Positions 10,301-20,354 of a stretch of 64,000 nt of DNA are shown in pieces. The stretch spans positions 50,802 to 114,801 of the IMG/VR virus record IMGVR_UViG_3300033997_000310; one strand, written 5' to 3'. The notes beneath the pieces were generated by a model that saw only the letters and a list, made by a program, of their open reading frames with translations, ran no database searches and had not been told where the DNA came from. The translations under genes were made by a program, and so were the position numbers. The stretch comes from a virus. Positions within the stretch are counted from its first letter, which is position 1. Each line of letters opens with the position of its first letter.

Positions 10301-12385
10301 GACAAGCAGATCGACACCGCCAAGGAACTGGCGTCGGCCGCGCGCCAACAGGCGTCCGCCTTCCGTCAGCTTGCCGTGTCCCTGCGCGAACAGATCCTGG
10401 CCAACAAGACTGGTGACTTGTCGCCTCTGTCTCCGGGCGACCGCTTCTCTGCGCTCAACACCGAATTCCAGCGCCTGTTCGGCCTGGCAATGGGCGGTGA
10501 TCAGGACGCGGCCGGCAAGCTCGGTGACGCCGGGACAAGCCTTTTGGAGGCTGCCAAGGCAATGTATGCGACCGGGCCCGAGTATGTCGCCATCTTCAAC
10601 CAAGTGCAGGAAGCGCTGGCCAAGACGGCTGAGGTGGCCGATGTGCGCGCCACGGCCCTGGAGCGCATTGCCGATCTGGCGGATACGCAGGTGGTGATTC
10701 TTGAGGCCATCCGTGATGTCCTTAATACCGACCTTGGGCAGCCAACGGCCGACGCCATCGCCGCGGCGATCGCCGACGGCGTGCTGACGGTAGGGGAAAT
10801 CCAGGGTATCAACACCAAGCTGGACGAGCTTGGCCTGAAATTTGCTAACGTGACCGGCCCGGCCGCCGACGCGGTCAAGTCCGCGATCGAGACCCTGCGG
10901 CAGCAGTTGGCGCCCGGCGTGCTCACCGATGCGCAGAAGGCGGCTCTCACGACAGGTCAGCAGGCTATCGCCGACGCGCTGAACGGGTTCAAGGCCCAGC
11001 AGATCGACGAATACCGCAAGGCACTCATTGCAGCCGGCGACGCCATCGGGAAGATGCAGAACTTCCTCCTTGATCCGAACGGCAAGATCCCGGCTGCAAT
11101 CGAGGCCGCGTTCAAAGGCGCAGATATTCAAGCATCGCTGGCTACCGGCATCGAAACCCTGTTCAACGACGCCCTGGGCGATGCCTGGGAGGCGACGCCC
11201 CTCGTTGTTCGCGCCGATCAGACCTTGGCCCAGGCCGTTGGCCAGTGGACGGCGGAAAACCTGTCGACCCGCATCACCAGCCAGTTCGGGGAGGCCATCG
11301 CCAACTGGGCGACGGGTAGCGATCCGCGCACCCTGGTGCAGCGCGTGGACGAGGTATTCTCGCAGGCTATTGGTGACGAGACCGGAAATTGGCAGGGCAC
11401 GCTGAAGTCCCTGCTGGATCAACAGTCTCCGCTCGTGCTGAACCTTCAGGCGCTGACCGCACAAATTCCGCTGTTGATCGATGCCCTGAAGAATCAGGCC
11501 GCGAACGACAATGCTTCCGGCGCCTATGACGCTGCGATGCAGGCGTTCGTCAACCCGATCAAGAACGCGGCCGTCGGGGCGGTGAACAGCATCGCCAGCG
11601 TGCCGATCGACAAGCCTTCAGGCGGCAAGAACAACCGCACGGATCTGAGCGTCAATATCGCTTCCGGGCTCCAGCAGAATATCGGCGGGAACGCACAGAA
11701 CGAGGGCAGCCGCCAGCGCGCAGCAGAGCTTGGCAGCATCATGCAGACGCTTGGCCAGCAACTCGAGATGCTGACTGGCGGCACGCTGGGGACGATCCAG
11801 GTTCGCGCGGGCGAGGACACGTCCGGCTATCGCGTCGGATCGATCGACCGCATGGACGCCTATGACGGCAACGCCCATGCCCAGATCATCTCGGGGTTCA
11901 TCAACGATGCGATCAAGTCGCTGTCGGGCGGCAACGTCGAGGCGATCAAGATCCTTCAGGGCACGGACTTTACCGACATCACCGCCGGCTTCACGAACGC
12001 GGCTGCTGAAATCTACAAGCTTTTGAATCCACCAGCTTTTGCCGCTGGCGGTATGCATGCTGGCGGACTGCGTTTGGTCGGTGAAAATGGGCCCGAGTTG
12101 GAAGTCACTGGCCCTGCCCGTTATTTCAGTGCGTCGCAAACGGCATCGATGATTGATGGAGCATATGGCGCCGTAGCCGGCCGCAGCCGTGGGCAGGCGG
12201 TTACCGATCCGGCCCTGCTGTCCGAGCTGCGGGCCCTGCGCGCAAGCAACGAGGCCATGGCGGCGGAACTGTCCGCCTACCGGAAGGAGCAGGCGGAGCG
12301 AGACGGCCGGATCATCCGGAGCAACGAGGCAATGGCGGCGGACAGCAAGCGCCAAGCAGGCCAGGCAGGGGAGCGTCGCCGCTGA
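7337..12385 (+). CDS. Tail tape measure protein (~1680 aa)
   Basis: Tape-measure N-terminal motif QLGQALASGALRGDEFNS; long Ala-rich helical body; C-terminal FAAGGMHAGGLRLVGENGPELE. Confidence 0.95.
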   Translation: MTTDIATLGIKVDTTQAARGASDLERFEESAGKAGRAVDKMENEVNSILGPLRALQGLLAGVTAALGIQKLIEYADTWNLLNARIKIVSRSTQEFVTAQRELFRISQETRTALEGTVSLYTRVAGVAQRAGRSQVEVLKFTETVSKGLQVSGASAAEAQNTIIQLGQALASGALRGDEFNSLRENAGALVQVLADNIKGVDGNMGKLREFAEQGKLTFDVIFNAALGASAKINADYAQLPVTVGAAFTVLENAFMKFVGEVDKSTGITAALSSGLVSLSKNLDLVAASLAGLAAAGIVASLGTIIGLIRTATTATIAWTAALATNPIGLLAVAISSAVAALVYYRNELVNIGNQTVRVGNVISAVWTTIAAPIEAAVKWLAAMVRTLAALAAFDFSSVGRGLGDGAQAMKGAVSDIEKAWSRMNLRPGRDMGRDSVNNTPTPVAGVDPAEVNDKEQLVNAIERIIGAYDREKKIAFEVADARKHLNAAMEAGSQALKDQIAAAGGVDSILKRYEAQLRSNTTAVKQADAVTQAFKDQIDDVNRFLADQAGGLTEAEKAYQPYAAQIEKLNDLLAKKGVTDQQRIAIQETINKLELAGRVAMEDANAKLQRQIDLRTLELNRLKERNGLMSRVVAGGSDGLKAGVELEAKVTQWQIDDAIRGLTDSLRDARGQISETNQAIIDATEAEMKRNAVLERQAQINGLAQTAADSLGNIFTRIQSGDWGSVAEGVGKFVTDFQTLEKKTGSTAGAFKELGENLLKSAEAGNALGNMLGSLFGRSAAEQKNAQKGGAIGGTVGSFFGMKGAGAFVGNIIGGFFGTSKAMERAAQKAADVAKLNEQIDSFLQAASSATDMQKQLTALDAQFQSLRREAERLKQPVDLLTKAYEAQRKKILDAFGSGIDELIDKYSGRQAMADLRALLKVQEQRIKDALVAEYDLGKVRRANALELADFFSNLTEDQLAAFGDLVSALDRVKARIRDLTTTITDQLDKQIDTAKELASAARQQASAFRQLAVSLREQILANKTGDLSPLSPGDRFSALNTEFQRLFGLAMGGDQDAAGKLGDAGTSLLEAAKAMYATGPEYVAIFNQVQEALAKTAEVADVRATALERIADLADTQVVILEAIRDVLNTDLGQPTADAIAAAIADGVLTVGEIQGINTKLDELGLKFANVTGPAADAVKSAIETLRQQLAPGVLTDAQKAALTTGQQAIADALNGFKAQQIDEYRKALIAAGDAIGKMQNFLLDPNGKIPAAIEAAFKGADIQASLATGIETLFNDALGDAWEATPLVVRADQTLAQAVGQWTAENLSTRITSQFGEAIANWATGSDPRTLVQRVDEVFSQAIGDETGNWQGTLKSLLDQQSPLVLNLQALTAQIPLLIDALKNQAANDNASGAYDAAMQAFVNPIKNAAVGAVNSIASVPIDKPSGGKNNRTDLSVNIASGLQQNIGGNAQNEGSRQRAAELGSIMQTLGQQLEMLTGGTLGTIQVRAGEDTSGYRVGSIDRMDAYDGNAHAQIISGFINDAIKSLSGGNVEAIKILQGTDFTDITAGFTNAAAEIYKLLNPPAFAAGGMHAGGLRLVGENGPELEVTGPARYFSASQTASMIDGAYGAVAGRSRGQAVTDPALLSELRALRASNEAMAAELSAYRKEQAERDGRIIRSNEAMAADSKRQAGQAGERRR

Positions 12386-14733
12386 TGGCCTTCTCCCCCG
12401 CCTTCCTCGACCTCATCGCCCAGCCGAACGCCGTCCGCTCCTATCTGGTGACGGTGCAGCCCTATGCAGTCGTGCGGGCCAGCATGGCGCAGGTGGCCAG
12501 CGGCAACCGCCTGACGGCCGCTGCCGGCACCTTCAGCACGATGAAGCCATGGGACACCGGCCTGACCCTCAGCCGGCCCGCGACAGGCGATGTGACCATC
12601 GGCATCAGCGACGTGGCGGACGACGGCTCATGGGTGCAGGTCACCGGGGTGACGCTGAGCAATGTCGCCGCAGCCACCTGCACCATCAGCGGGCTGGTCG
12701 ACCGGTACTTCAGCACGGGCGGCTACAACACGACGCCCACGGACACGCCGGCCAACCGCCATTACGAGGATGGCGTTGAGAACGCGCTGTCCTTCACGCG
12801 GACGATGTACGACGGCACCAAGATCGGCGGACGCTCTATCCCCGGCCGTGGCGACATTGTTCTGCATAACCTGAATGGCCGGTTTGATGGCTATCGCTCG
12901 TGGGGCTGGGCAGGGCGCCGCGTCACGGTAGAGCTTGGCGCCACCAGCTTCGCGCGCAACGAATTTGGCGTCATCTTTGTCGGCGTGACGGCCGGCGTAT
13001 CGCTCTCCGACGATCGGTTCTCCATTTCCGTCCGCGATCTGACCGAACTGCTTAACCAGGCGCTCTATGCCCCCCGCTATCGCGGGACCGGCGGGTACGA
13101 GGGCGGCATCGACCTGCTGGATCAGGTCAAGCCGATCTGCATCGGGAAGTGCCAGAACATCGAGCCCGTGCCGCTGGGCATCATCGACGGGCGGTTTACC
13201 TACCAGTTCCACGACGGCGCTGTCGCGGCTTACGACAGCGGCTGGCATCAGGTGCGGGATGCCGGCGTGCCGCTTACCTATGTCGCCAGCAGCCCGGCGG
13301 CCGGGCAATGGACGCTCGACGCCACCAGGGGCCTGATCATCATCGGGGGCGGGGAGCCGGCACTGCTGACGGCCGACGTCATCGGCACCAGCGACGCCTC
13401 GACAGAGCCATCGGCCGCCCGAGCAATGGAATATCTGGTGCTGCGCCGGCTGGCTCTGGATAGCGGCGGGAGCATCACCAGCGTCTCCATCGGCACGGGG
13501 AGCAAGACGTTCACCGTGCGGGACACGCTGCCGTTCGGCATCGGCGGCTATGCGCTCATTTCCCGCACTGCCGCGCCCGACCAATACTGGATGCTGGGCA
13601 CGGTGACGGGCTGGACCGGCGGTTCCCTCACCGTCAACGTCACCGCGTCGGCGGGCGTCGGGACCTTCTCGGATTGGACGGTCACCAAGATCGGCCTGCT
13701 GGCGAGCGAGATCGGCCCCGGCACTGGCGGTGATGTCTTCGACGAGCTGCACACCGCCAACACCGCCCCGGTGCAAGTCTATATCCGCGACGGCGCCAAC
13801 GCGTTGGACGTGCTGGACGAGATCGCCAAAAGTATCGGGGCTTTCTACGGCTTCGACCGCGCAGGCCTGTTCGATGCCGGCCTGTTCCTGGCGCCCACCG
13901 GGACTCCCGTCCTGTCGATCGACGGCGACACCGCCATGGAGGGCCTGCAACGCGAGGACACCAGCGCCCCGGCCTGGCGCGTCTCTCTCGGCTATGGCCG
14001 GAATTTCCGCGTCGCAACCACGGACGAGTTGGCGGAAGACATCCGCAAGAACCTCGTCACCAACGGCTATTTCAATGCTGACACCGATTGGACAAAGGGC
14101 ACTGGCTGGACCATCAGCAGCGGTGCGGCGCAGGCGGTGGCAGGGTCTGCGTCGGATCTATCGCAAACCATCGCCCTCAAGGTCGGACAGGAATACGTCC
14201 TGACGGCCGACGTTACTCGCAGCGCCGGCAGCGTCCAGTTCAAGCTCGACAGCACAAATCTGGGGTCGGCGGTCAGCGCCACCGGCACGCTTGAGGTCAC
14301 CTTCATCTCCACTTCGGCCAGCATGTCGCTGAAGGCGTCGAAGGATTCATCGTTCGCCGGGTCGGTCGACAACATCTCGATCGTGACCAGCCGACTCCGG
14401 TTCTTCACGACAGAATACCGATATCCTGCCGCTGCCGCAGATATGAGCGTGCGGACCATCTATGGGCCCTACGCCACATCGGAGACACGAGACACGCTGC
14501 TGCTGCGCAAGGCAGATGCTGAGACAGAACAGGCCCGACAACTGGCGCTCTATGGGGCTGCCCGCGATGTCTTCACCGTGCCTGCGAAGACGGAGCCATT
14601 CCAGGTCGACATCGGAAATGTAGTCGAGTTGACCGATTCGCGGTACGGTCTATCCGCAGGGAAACTGATGACTGTACTGGGCATCATTGAGGACGCGAGC
14701 ACCAATCGCGTCACGCTGACGCTGTGGGGTTGA
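12385..14733 (+). CDS. Tail tip/hub protein with inserted beta domains
   Basis: Follows the tape measure gene; KPICIGKCQNIEPV motif; a carbohydrate-binding-like segment starts LVTNGYFNADTDWTKGTGW. Confidence 0.75.
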   Translation: MAFSPAFLDLIAQPNAVRSYLVTVQPYAVVRASMAQVASGNRLTAAAGTFSTMKPWDTGLTLSRPATGDVTIGISDVADDGSWVQVTGVTLSNVAAATCTISGLVDRYFSTGGYNTTPTDTPANRHYEDGVENALSFTRTMYDGTKIGGRSIPGRGDIVLHNLNGRFDGYRSWGWAGRRVTVELGATSFARNEFGVIFVGVTAGVSLSDDRFSISVRDLTELLNQALYAPRYRGTGGYEGGIDLLDQVKPICIGKCQNIEPVPLGIIDGRFTYQFHDGAVAAYDSGWHQVRDAGVPLTYVASSPAAGQWTLDATRGLIIIGGGEPALLTADVIGTSDASTEPSAARAMEYLVLRRLALDSGGSITSVSIGTGSKTFTVRDTLPFGIGGYALISRTAAPDQYWMLGTVTGWTGGSLTVNVTASAGVGTFSDWTVTKIGLLASEIGPGTGGDVFDELHTANTAPVQVYIRDGANALDVLDEIAKSIGAFYGFDRAGLFDAGLFLAPTGTPVLSIDGDTAMEGLQREDTSAPAWRVSLGYGRNFRVATTDELAEDIRKNLVTNGYFNADTDWTKGTGWTISSGAAQAVAGSASDLSQTIALKVGQEYVLTADVTRSAGSVQFKLDSTNLGSAVSATGTLEVTFISTSASMSLKASKDSSFAGSVDNISIVTSRLRFFTTEYRYPAAAADMSVRTIYGPYATSETRDTLLLRKADAETEQARQLALYGAARDVFTVPAKTEPFQVDIGNVVELTDSRYGLSAGKLMTVLGIIEDASTNRVTLTLWG

Positions 14734-14734
14734 G

Positions 14735-16933
14735 ATGGCGCTGACGGGACGCAGCCGGAATGTGGTGCTGGCATGGCAGAACTTCGTGGACGAGAGCATC
14801 ACAGTTCTGACCAGCCCGACATCGTTTGTTTCTGGCATGCCGCTGAGCAACGTCAAGAACGACAGGCTCAAGAAGGTGGCGCGCACCACCGGCAACTCCG
14901 TGATTTTCGACTTCGACTTCGGCCAGGCCGTGCCCATCAGCATGGCCGCGATCCTGGGGCACAATCTCACCGAAAACGCGACCATGCGCATCCAGGCGGC
15001 AAACGCTCGCAGCGGCACGGCCAGCGCGCCGGGCGGCTACACGCTTGCATTGCCTGATCTGGTCTACGACACGCGTCAGACCCTGCGTAGCGGCACCGCG
15101 CGCGGGGCCTACACCTGGACCAGCAGCATGCTGGACCATGATTTCACGACGGGCACACTGCCGGCCGGGTCCAGCTTCAGCCGGGCCAGCCCGGCGACCT
15201 ATTTCGACTATACCGGCACCATGCGCACGGCGGCGACCGGGGAGCCGCGGTACGACTACGACCCGGTGACCAAGACGGCGCGCGGCATCCTGATCGAGGA
15301 GGCGCGGACGAACCTGCTGCTGAACAGCGAGGCGCTGTCCACCCAGAGCGTCGTGGTCACCGCGCAGGCATACACGCTGTCATTCTACGGGACTGGTACG
15401 ATTACGCTGTCTGGTGCATCTACCGCGGGCCCGCTGGTGGGGGGCGGCGCCTTTCCGGCGCGCACCACGCTGACCTTCACGCCGGCCGCCGGCACGCTGA
15501 TGCTGACCGTCACCGGCACGGTGCAATATGCCCAGCTGGAAGCCGGTGCTTTCCCGACCAGCTACATCCCAACCACAGCCACCACCGTCACTCGGGCCAC
15601 AGATTTCCTGAATATGCCGACCAGCGTGCTGCCTTTCAATTCGGCGGCAGGCACGTTGTTGACCTCATTCAAAATGCCATATGTGGGCGGCGCCGGTTAT
15701 CCAGGTGCGGCCTTTTTCGATGATGGAACCGTAAACAATTACATTGGCTCGTTCGTGGCTGATGCCGCATCCGATGCGACGTATTTTGAGGTAAAGACGG
15801 GCGGGGTACAGCAATTTTACGGCTCGGTAGGAACATATGTGGCGGGTACGTCTGTTACCGTAGGCGGGGCGTGGTCTGCCGCAAATTTTGCCGCATCCCT
15901 AAATGGTTCTACACCGGCGACGTCATCATCAGGGACAATTCCGACTGTGAACGTGCTCCGCGTCGGCACGTTGTTGGCAAACCTGGCCCCCCTCAACGGC
16001 TGGATCAGTCGCCTGACCTATATCGCCTCCCGCGTCAGCAATGCCGACCTCCAGACCCTGACCAATCCCGCCACGTCGGCAGCCACGCGCGCGGCCACGC
16101 TGGCGCCCTATGCCGGCACGGCCGGCACGGCGGCCATCACCCTGGGCACTGGCAGCAAGACCGTCTATGTCGACGACGCTGACATGCGCTTCTATGCCGG
16201 CACGACCGTGCGGCTGTCTATCGACGACAGCAACTATATGTCCGGCACGGTGACCTCCTATTACCGCCCCTCGCGCCGCTTGGTCATCAACTCGACCACC
16301 GTCGTCGGGTCCGGCTCTGCAACGACCATGGCCGTCACTCGCGAGACCGACGACATCAAGGTCTGGCCGGATGTGACTCCTTTTGGTGAGGGCGGGTATT
16401 GGGGGCGGTTCACGTGGGGTGGCCTGCTGTCGCTCGTCGGGAGGGATTACCTCCCGCCTGGCATCCACATGCCGGCGCTATTCACAGGCGATGACGAGCC
16501 GATCTACGCGCGGTATCTGAAGCTGGAAATCACCGACACCAGCCTGAGCTATATCGACATCGGCCGGCTGTTCCTGTCGGCCGCATATCAGCCGACGCGG
16601 AACCTGGAGTTTGATTGGTCGCTTACCCAGGTCGACCCCAGCCCCAAGGAGCGGTCACGGGGTGGGCAGGTCTATGTCGACGGCCGTCCGCAGTATCGAC
16701 GCATCGCACTTCGGCTGTCCGGCATCTCCCGCGACGAAATCATGTCACAGGTCTACGAGATGCAGCGCGAGCTTGGCGTGCGCCGGCCCTTCCTGCTGAT
16801 CGTCGATCCCACGGACCCCATCAACCTGCATCGCCTTACGCTTTATGGCTCGCGGCCAGACGATGCACCCATCAGCAACCCGCTGACCAACAACTATTAC
16901 GCCGTCGAAATCGTCTCAGAGGAGTGGCTGTAA
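14735..16933 (+). CDS. Tail protein with an inserted LamG/ConA-like domain
   Basis: FSRASPATYFD, GILIEEARTNLL and QLEAGAFPTSYIPT motifs typical of phage fibre/lectin modules; C-terminal YIDIGRLF. Confidence 0.75.
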   Translation: MALTGRSRNVVLAWQNFVDESITVLTSPTSFVSGMPLSNVKNDRLKKVARTTGNSVIFDFDFGQAVPISMAAILGHNLTENATMRIQAANARSGTASAPGGYTLALPDLVYDTRQTLRSGTARGAYTWTSSMLDHDFTTGTLPAGSSFSRASPATYFDYTGTMRTAATGEPRYDYDPVTKTARGILIEEARTNLLLNSEALSTQSVVVTAQAYTLSFYGTGTITLSGASTAGPLVGGGAFPARTTLTFTPAAGTLMLTVTGTVQYAQLEAGAFPTSYIPTTATTVTRATDFLNMPTSVLPFNSAAGTLLTSFKMPYVGGAGYPGAAFFDDGTVNNYIGSFVADAASDATYFEVKTGGVQQFYGSVGTYVAGTSVTVGGAWSAANFAASLNGSTPATSSSGTIPTVNVLRVGTLLANLAPLNGWISRLTYIASRVSNADLQTLTNPATSAATRAATLAPYAGTAGTAAITLGTGSKTVYVDDADMRFYAGTTVRLSIDDSNYMSGTVTSYYRPSRRLVINSTTVVGSGSATTMAVTRETDDIKVWPDVTPFGEGGYWGRFTWGGLLSLVGRDYLPPGIHMPALFTGDDEPIYARYLKLEITDTSLSYIDIGRLFLSAAYQPTRNLEFDWSLTQVDPSPKERSRGGQVYVDGRPQYRRIALRLSGISRDEIMSQVYEMQRELGVRRPFLLIVDPTDPINLHRLTLYGSRPDDAPISNPLTNNYYAVEIVSEEWL

Positions 16934-18280
16934 ATGCCTGTCGTCAATGGAAACGAATACACCGCAGACGGCAACTTCAATGGCAACAAATACGCCGACT
17001 CTGCACTGGGGCTGATCCCGGCGCTGACGGACGTGGTTGCGCACTGCGAAGGCATCTTCCGCGGCACCAGCACCAGCAGTGTGACGGTGGGCAATGGCAC
17101 CAAGACGCTGACCATCAGCCTGAACCGGCCGATCTACATCGGCTCGTGGGTGCGCATTGAGGCGCAGGCGAACAGCGCCATCTCGATGGAGGGTACGGTC
17201 ACCGCCTACGACAGCGGCACCGGGGTGCTGTCCGTCTCGGTTGACCCCTCTGACGTCAGCGGAGCCGGCACGCTGGCGGCCTGGTACATCTTCACGATGG
17301 GCCGGCGCGGCAAGGACGGCAATGCGGGAACTTTGGCGACGAACAGCGTGGCGGGCGTGGCTGCGCTGGCAACGCAGGCGGAGGTGGACGGCCGCACCAT
17401 CACGGGCAAGATCGTGGCCCCGTCCACGCTGGCGGAAGGGCTGGGCCTGAAGGGCACCGACATCGCCAGCGCATCCACGCTGACGCTGCCCACCATCGGC
17501 GACTATTTTAACGTGACTGGCACCACTGGCATCACCGCCATCAGCACCAGGGCAGCCGGGCGGGACGTTACCCTGGTGTTTGCCGCATCCCTGACTGTGA
17601 CACATAACGGCACCTCGCTGATCCTGCCGGGCGGCGCAAACATCACTGTCGCGGCCGGTGATGTCATGCGCCTGAAGTCCGAGGGAAGTGGAAATTGGAG
17701 GTGCGTCAGCTTCAATAGGGCAAGCCTTGCTGCTGGAGCGCCGGCCCCCGGTGAGTATCTCCTGTCCTATCAGGCCGTGACCGGCTCCCCGTCCCAGATC
17801 GATATCACTTCAGGAATCACCTCGGCGTATGATCTTTATGTGGTGCGGTTCCTTCTGGTAACGTTTAACAGCATCGTGTCAATCGGGTTGCAGATCGGAA
17901 GCGGCTCTTTCACCACCACGAACTATTTGTATGGCTCCAGTATCAGCCGTAGTTCTTCCGGATCAGTCAGCGCCGCCAATTCAACTTCAGCGTCGGCAAT
18001 TATGTTGACCGCTGCGGGTGACGTTGTGAGCGGTCGTGACGTGATTGGCGAGGTGATTATCAACCGTGCTGATAGCGGGTCTAGTTCCGGTGTGCTTGCG
18101 CGATTCTGGAGCATGTATAGCTATACAGCGGCATCACCAGCGGAAATTGTGCATGTCGTAGGCGCTGGTTGGCGCGCGCCGACACCGATCACTGTCATCG
18201 ACCGAATCCGCCTTCTTCCTTCGTCCGGCACATTCCAGAACGCTGGTTACGTCAACCTCTATGGCATCAGGAAGTCGTAA
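16934..18280 (+). CDS. Tail fibre / receptor-binding protein
   Basis: GVAALATQAEV fibre repeat and KGTDIASASTLTL module; lower-GC C-terminal domain. Confidence 0.75.
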   Translation: MPVVNGNEYTADGNFNGNKYADSALGLIPALTDVVAHCEGIFRGTSTSSVTVGNGTKTLTISLNRPIYIGSWVRIEAQANSAISMEGTVTAYDSGTGVLSVSVDPSDVSGAGTLAAWYIFTMGRRGKDGNAGTLATNSVAGVAALATQAEVDGRTITGKIVAPSTLAEGLGLKGTDIASASTLTLPTIGDYFNVTGTTGITAISTRAAGRDVTLVFAASLTVTHNGTSLILPGGANITVAAGDVMRLKSEGSGNWRCVSFNRASLAAGAPAPGEYLLSYQAVTGSPSQIDITSGITSAYDLYVVRFLLVTFNSIVSIGLQIGSGSFTTTNYLYGSSISRSSSGSVSAANSTSASAIMLTAAGDVVSGRDVIGEVIINRADSGSSSGVLARFWSMYSYTAASPAEIVHVVGAGWRAPTPITVIDRIRLLPSSGTFQNAGYVNLYGIRKS

Positions 18281-18733
18281 ATGAACGATATTGAAGACAC
18301 CCAGGCCCCTGGCGAGCTACAGAATGCAACGCCAGATGCCAGCGAAAATGATCCGGAGATCTTCACATTCCCGGAAGGTGCGATCACTGTGTTGGAGAAC
18401 GGTATTCCGCGGCTTGCTACGCCGGATGAGGAAGCCGAAATCCTGGCCCGCCAGCAGCCCGCACCGCCGGTCAAGCTCCCGAACATCAGCAAGCTGGCGT
18501 TTCTGGAGTTGTTGGTGGCTGCCCTTGGCGAACACAGGGCGTTGGCGCTATTGCAACCAACGACGCGCTTCGGTCTGATCTTCCTGGCGGCATCGCAGGT
18601 CGATTATGACGACCTGTTCATCGGCATCGACGGAGATCCGGAGCAGGCGTGCTACACGGCCCAGCTTCTTGCGGCCGAAGTGGTGACGCAGGCCGAAATT
18701 GAGGCCCTGGAAGAATCATGGCCAACGACCTGA
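18281..18733 (+). CDS. Putative tail fibre chaperone
   Basis: Small acidic ORF directly after the fibre gene. Confidence 0.5.
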   Translation: MNDIEDTQAPGELQNATPDASENDPEIFTFPEGAITVLENGIPRLATPDEEAEILARQQPAPPVKLPNISKLAFLELLVAALGEHRALALLQPTTRFGLIFLAASQVDYDDLFIGIDGDPEQACYTAQLLAAEVVTQAEIEALEESWPTT

Positions 18734-19008
18734 TGCACGAAACCATCCGGCGGGCGAAGGAGGTGCTGTCTCTTTTGTCCTGCGCCGCCAACGTCATCGT
18801 CGGCACAGGTGATCGAGAGGTCACCCTGTCCGCCGGAAGCTGGGAATTGCGCGTGAACGGGCGCAACAGGGCCGTCCGCTGCTATGGCGTTGCCTTGGTC
18901 ACTGTAATCGACGCCATGAATCTGCCATTCGACGGGCGAAATCACTGTTCACGAGCCTGGATAGAGCACGCGCCCATTTGGGCAAAGGTCGCGGACGACC
19001 GCGCCTGA
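18733..19008 (+). CDS. Hypothetical protein
   Basis: TGATG overlap with the previous ORF. Confidence 0.4.
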   Translation: MHETIRRAKEVLSLLSCAANVIVGTGDREVTLSAGSWELRVNGRNRAVRCYGVALVTVIDAMNLPFDGRNHCSRAWIEHAPIWAKVADDRA

Positions 19009-19094
19009 GTTGTCCATTTTCCTTTGGAAATTGGACAAGAAACAAATCCGATTTCCAGTACCATGTACGCACAAAATCCCGCTGGAGGTGCGAC

Positions 19095-19391
19095 ATGGCA
19101 TATGCCCTTGTGTCTGGCGGCACGGTCGTCAACGTCACCGTGGTCGAGCTTGATGATCCTGAGGCCGATGGCTGGATAGAAATTCCAGACGGCCTACCCG
19201 TGGTTCCGGGCTGGACTTACGCCGATGACACATTCACCGCACCAATTCCATCGCAGGATCAGATAGACGCGCGCAACGCCCCGCTGGTGAAGCAGCAGGT
19301 GAACGCGCGCTTGGAACGTCGGGCTAAGGCCCTGGCTGCTGACGGGGACCGCATCGGTGCCCTTGAACTTCGCATCCAGAAGGAGACATGA
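19095..19391 (+). CDS. Small tail-associated protein
   Basis: GGAGG RBS; YALVSGGTVVN..GWTY..FTAP motif common next to fibre genes. Confidence 0.6.
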   Translation: MAYALVSGGTVVNVTVVELDDPEADGWIEIPDGLPVVPGWTYADDTFTAPIPSQDQIDARNAPLVKQQVNARLERRAKALAADGDRIGALELRIQKET

Positions 19392-19392
19392 C

Positions 19393-19677
19393 ATGGCAAC
19401 GGGATACCGCCGCCTCAATGACGGTGATGGCGCAACGCTGGCCAAGGACGCATGCGCCTTGCTGCTGGCGGCACAGAGCAAGCTGGCCCAGGCCGCAGCG
19501 ATGGCTGGTGCCGTCCTGGCGCGCGGAACGGCCGCCGAACTGGAGGGCGCTGAATTCGGCGCACAGTCTGGTGAAGGGCAGGCCGTGCATGACGAGATCG
19601 CTGGCCTGAGCAGCGCGCTTGACACCTTCATGTCCACCAATGCGACCAACATCGCCCGGTACAATCCGGGCGGCTGA
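19393..19677 (+). CDS. Hypothetical protein
   Basis: AGGAG RBS; last + strand gene before the terminator. Confidence 0.6.
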   Translation: MATGYRRLNDGDGATLAKDACALLLAAQSKLAQAAAMAGAVLARGTAAELEGAEFGAQSGEGQAVHDEIAGLSSALDTFMSTNATNIARYNPGG

Positions 19678-19693
19678 TCCAGCTATGAAAGAC

Positions 19694-19730
19694 AAAGGCG
19701 CTCACGGTCAAAAGCCGTAGAGCGCCTTTT
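19694..19730. terminator. Bidirectional intrinsic terminator
   Basis: AAAGGCGCTCACGG...CCGTAGAGCGCCTTTT between convergent genes. Confidence 0.8.
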
Positions 19731-20354
19731 CTATTCTTCGTAAGCAGTCATCGAGAAAGCCAGCGTTTTCGCGGCCCCGGCGCGGTTTGTCATGCGGATC
19801 AGGTAATTGGTCGATGCCTTGAAAATGATTTCGTTGTCGAACCGGAAGTCACCACCAACGGCAGACGATTTCGTCCCGCCTGGATTGAAGCCGGAGTAAA
19901 GCAACGTGCCCGTGGCTGATATGGTCGGTGTGTAAAATGTGTCCGTATCAGGCATGGCCGCGCTGGAGCGGTTGCGATTATGCACCGTCACTGCCGTGCC
20001 ATCACCGCTCACTGTAGTGCCTTCGTAGATCAGAATTTCAAAGTTTCCACCGCCGACAACGTCGCAAATGGCGTGGCACTCAATTCCAGCCGGCACCTTG
20101 ATCAGGATGTCGGCGTTCGCGTCATCGGCAACCGAAGAAAATACATGGCTGAAGGTGAAGACCTGACCCAGATGGATCCGCTGGTGCACGATCGGCATCG
20201 TGACCAGGGAAGCGCCGATGGCGTCGCTGCCGTTGCGCGATTCGGAGTTGGTTAACTCCACCGGCATTGGCGTAGCCGGCTTGACGACTGTCCGGTTCCC
20301 GCCGGCACTGGCGAACGCGGCAACGTGGATTGGTTCAACGAGCGGTTCGGTCAT
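19731..20354 (-). CDS. Hypothetical beta-rich phage protein
   Basis: Clean 207-aa ORF on the same strand as the cas locus and downstream of it. Confidence 0.65.
   Translation of the reverse strand: MTEPLVEPIHVAAFASAGGNRTVVKPATPMPVELTNSESRNGSDAIGASLVTMPIVHQRIHLGQVFTFSHVFSSVADDANADILIKVPAGIECHAICDVVGGGNFEILIYEGTTVSGDGTAVTVHNRNRSSAAMPDTDTFYTPTISATGTLLYSGFNPGGTKSSAVGGDFRFDNEIIFKASTNYLIRMTNRAGAAKTLAFSMTAYEE

Noticed and set aside
14735-18280. Diversity-generating retroelement or invertible fibre cassette
   Set aside because: No reverse transcriptase, invertase or template/variable repeat pair was seen.
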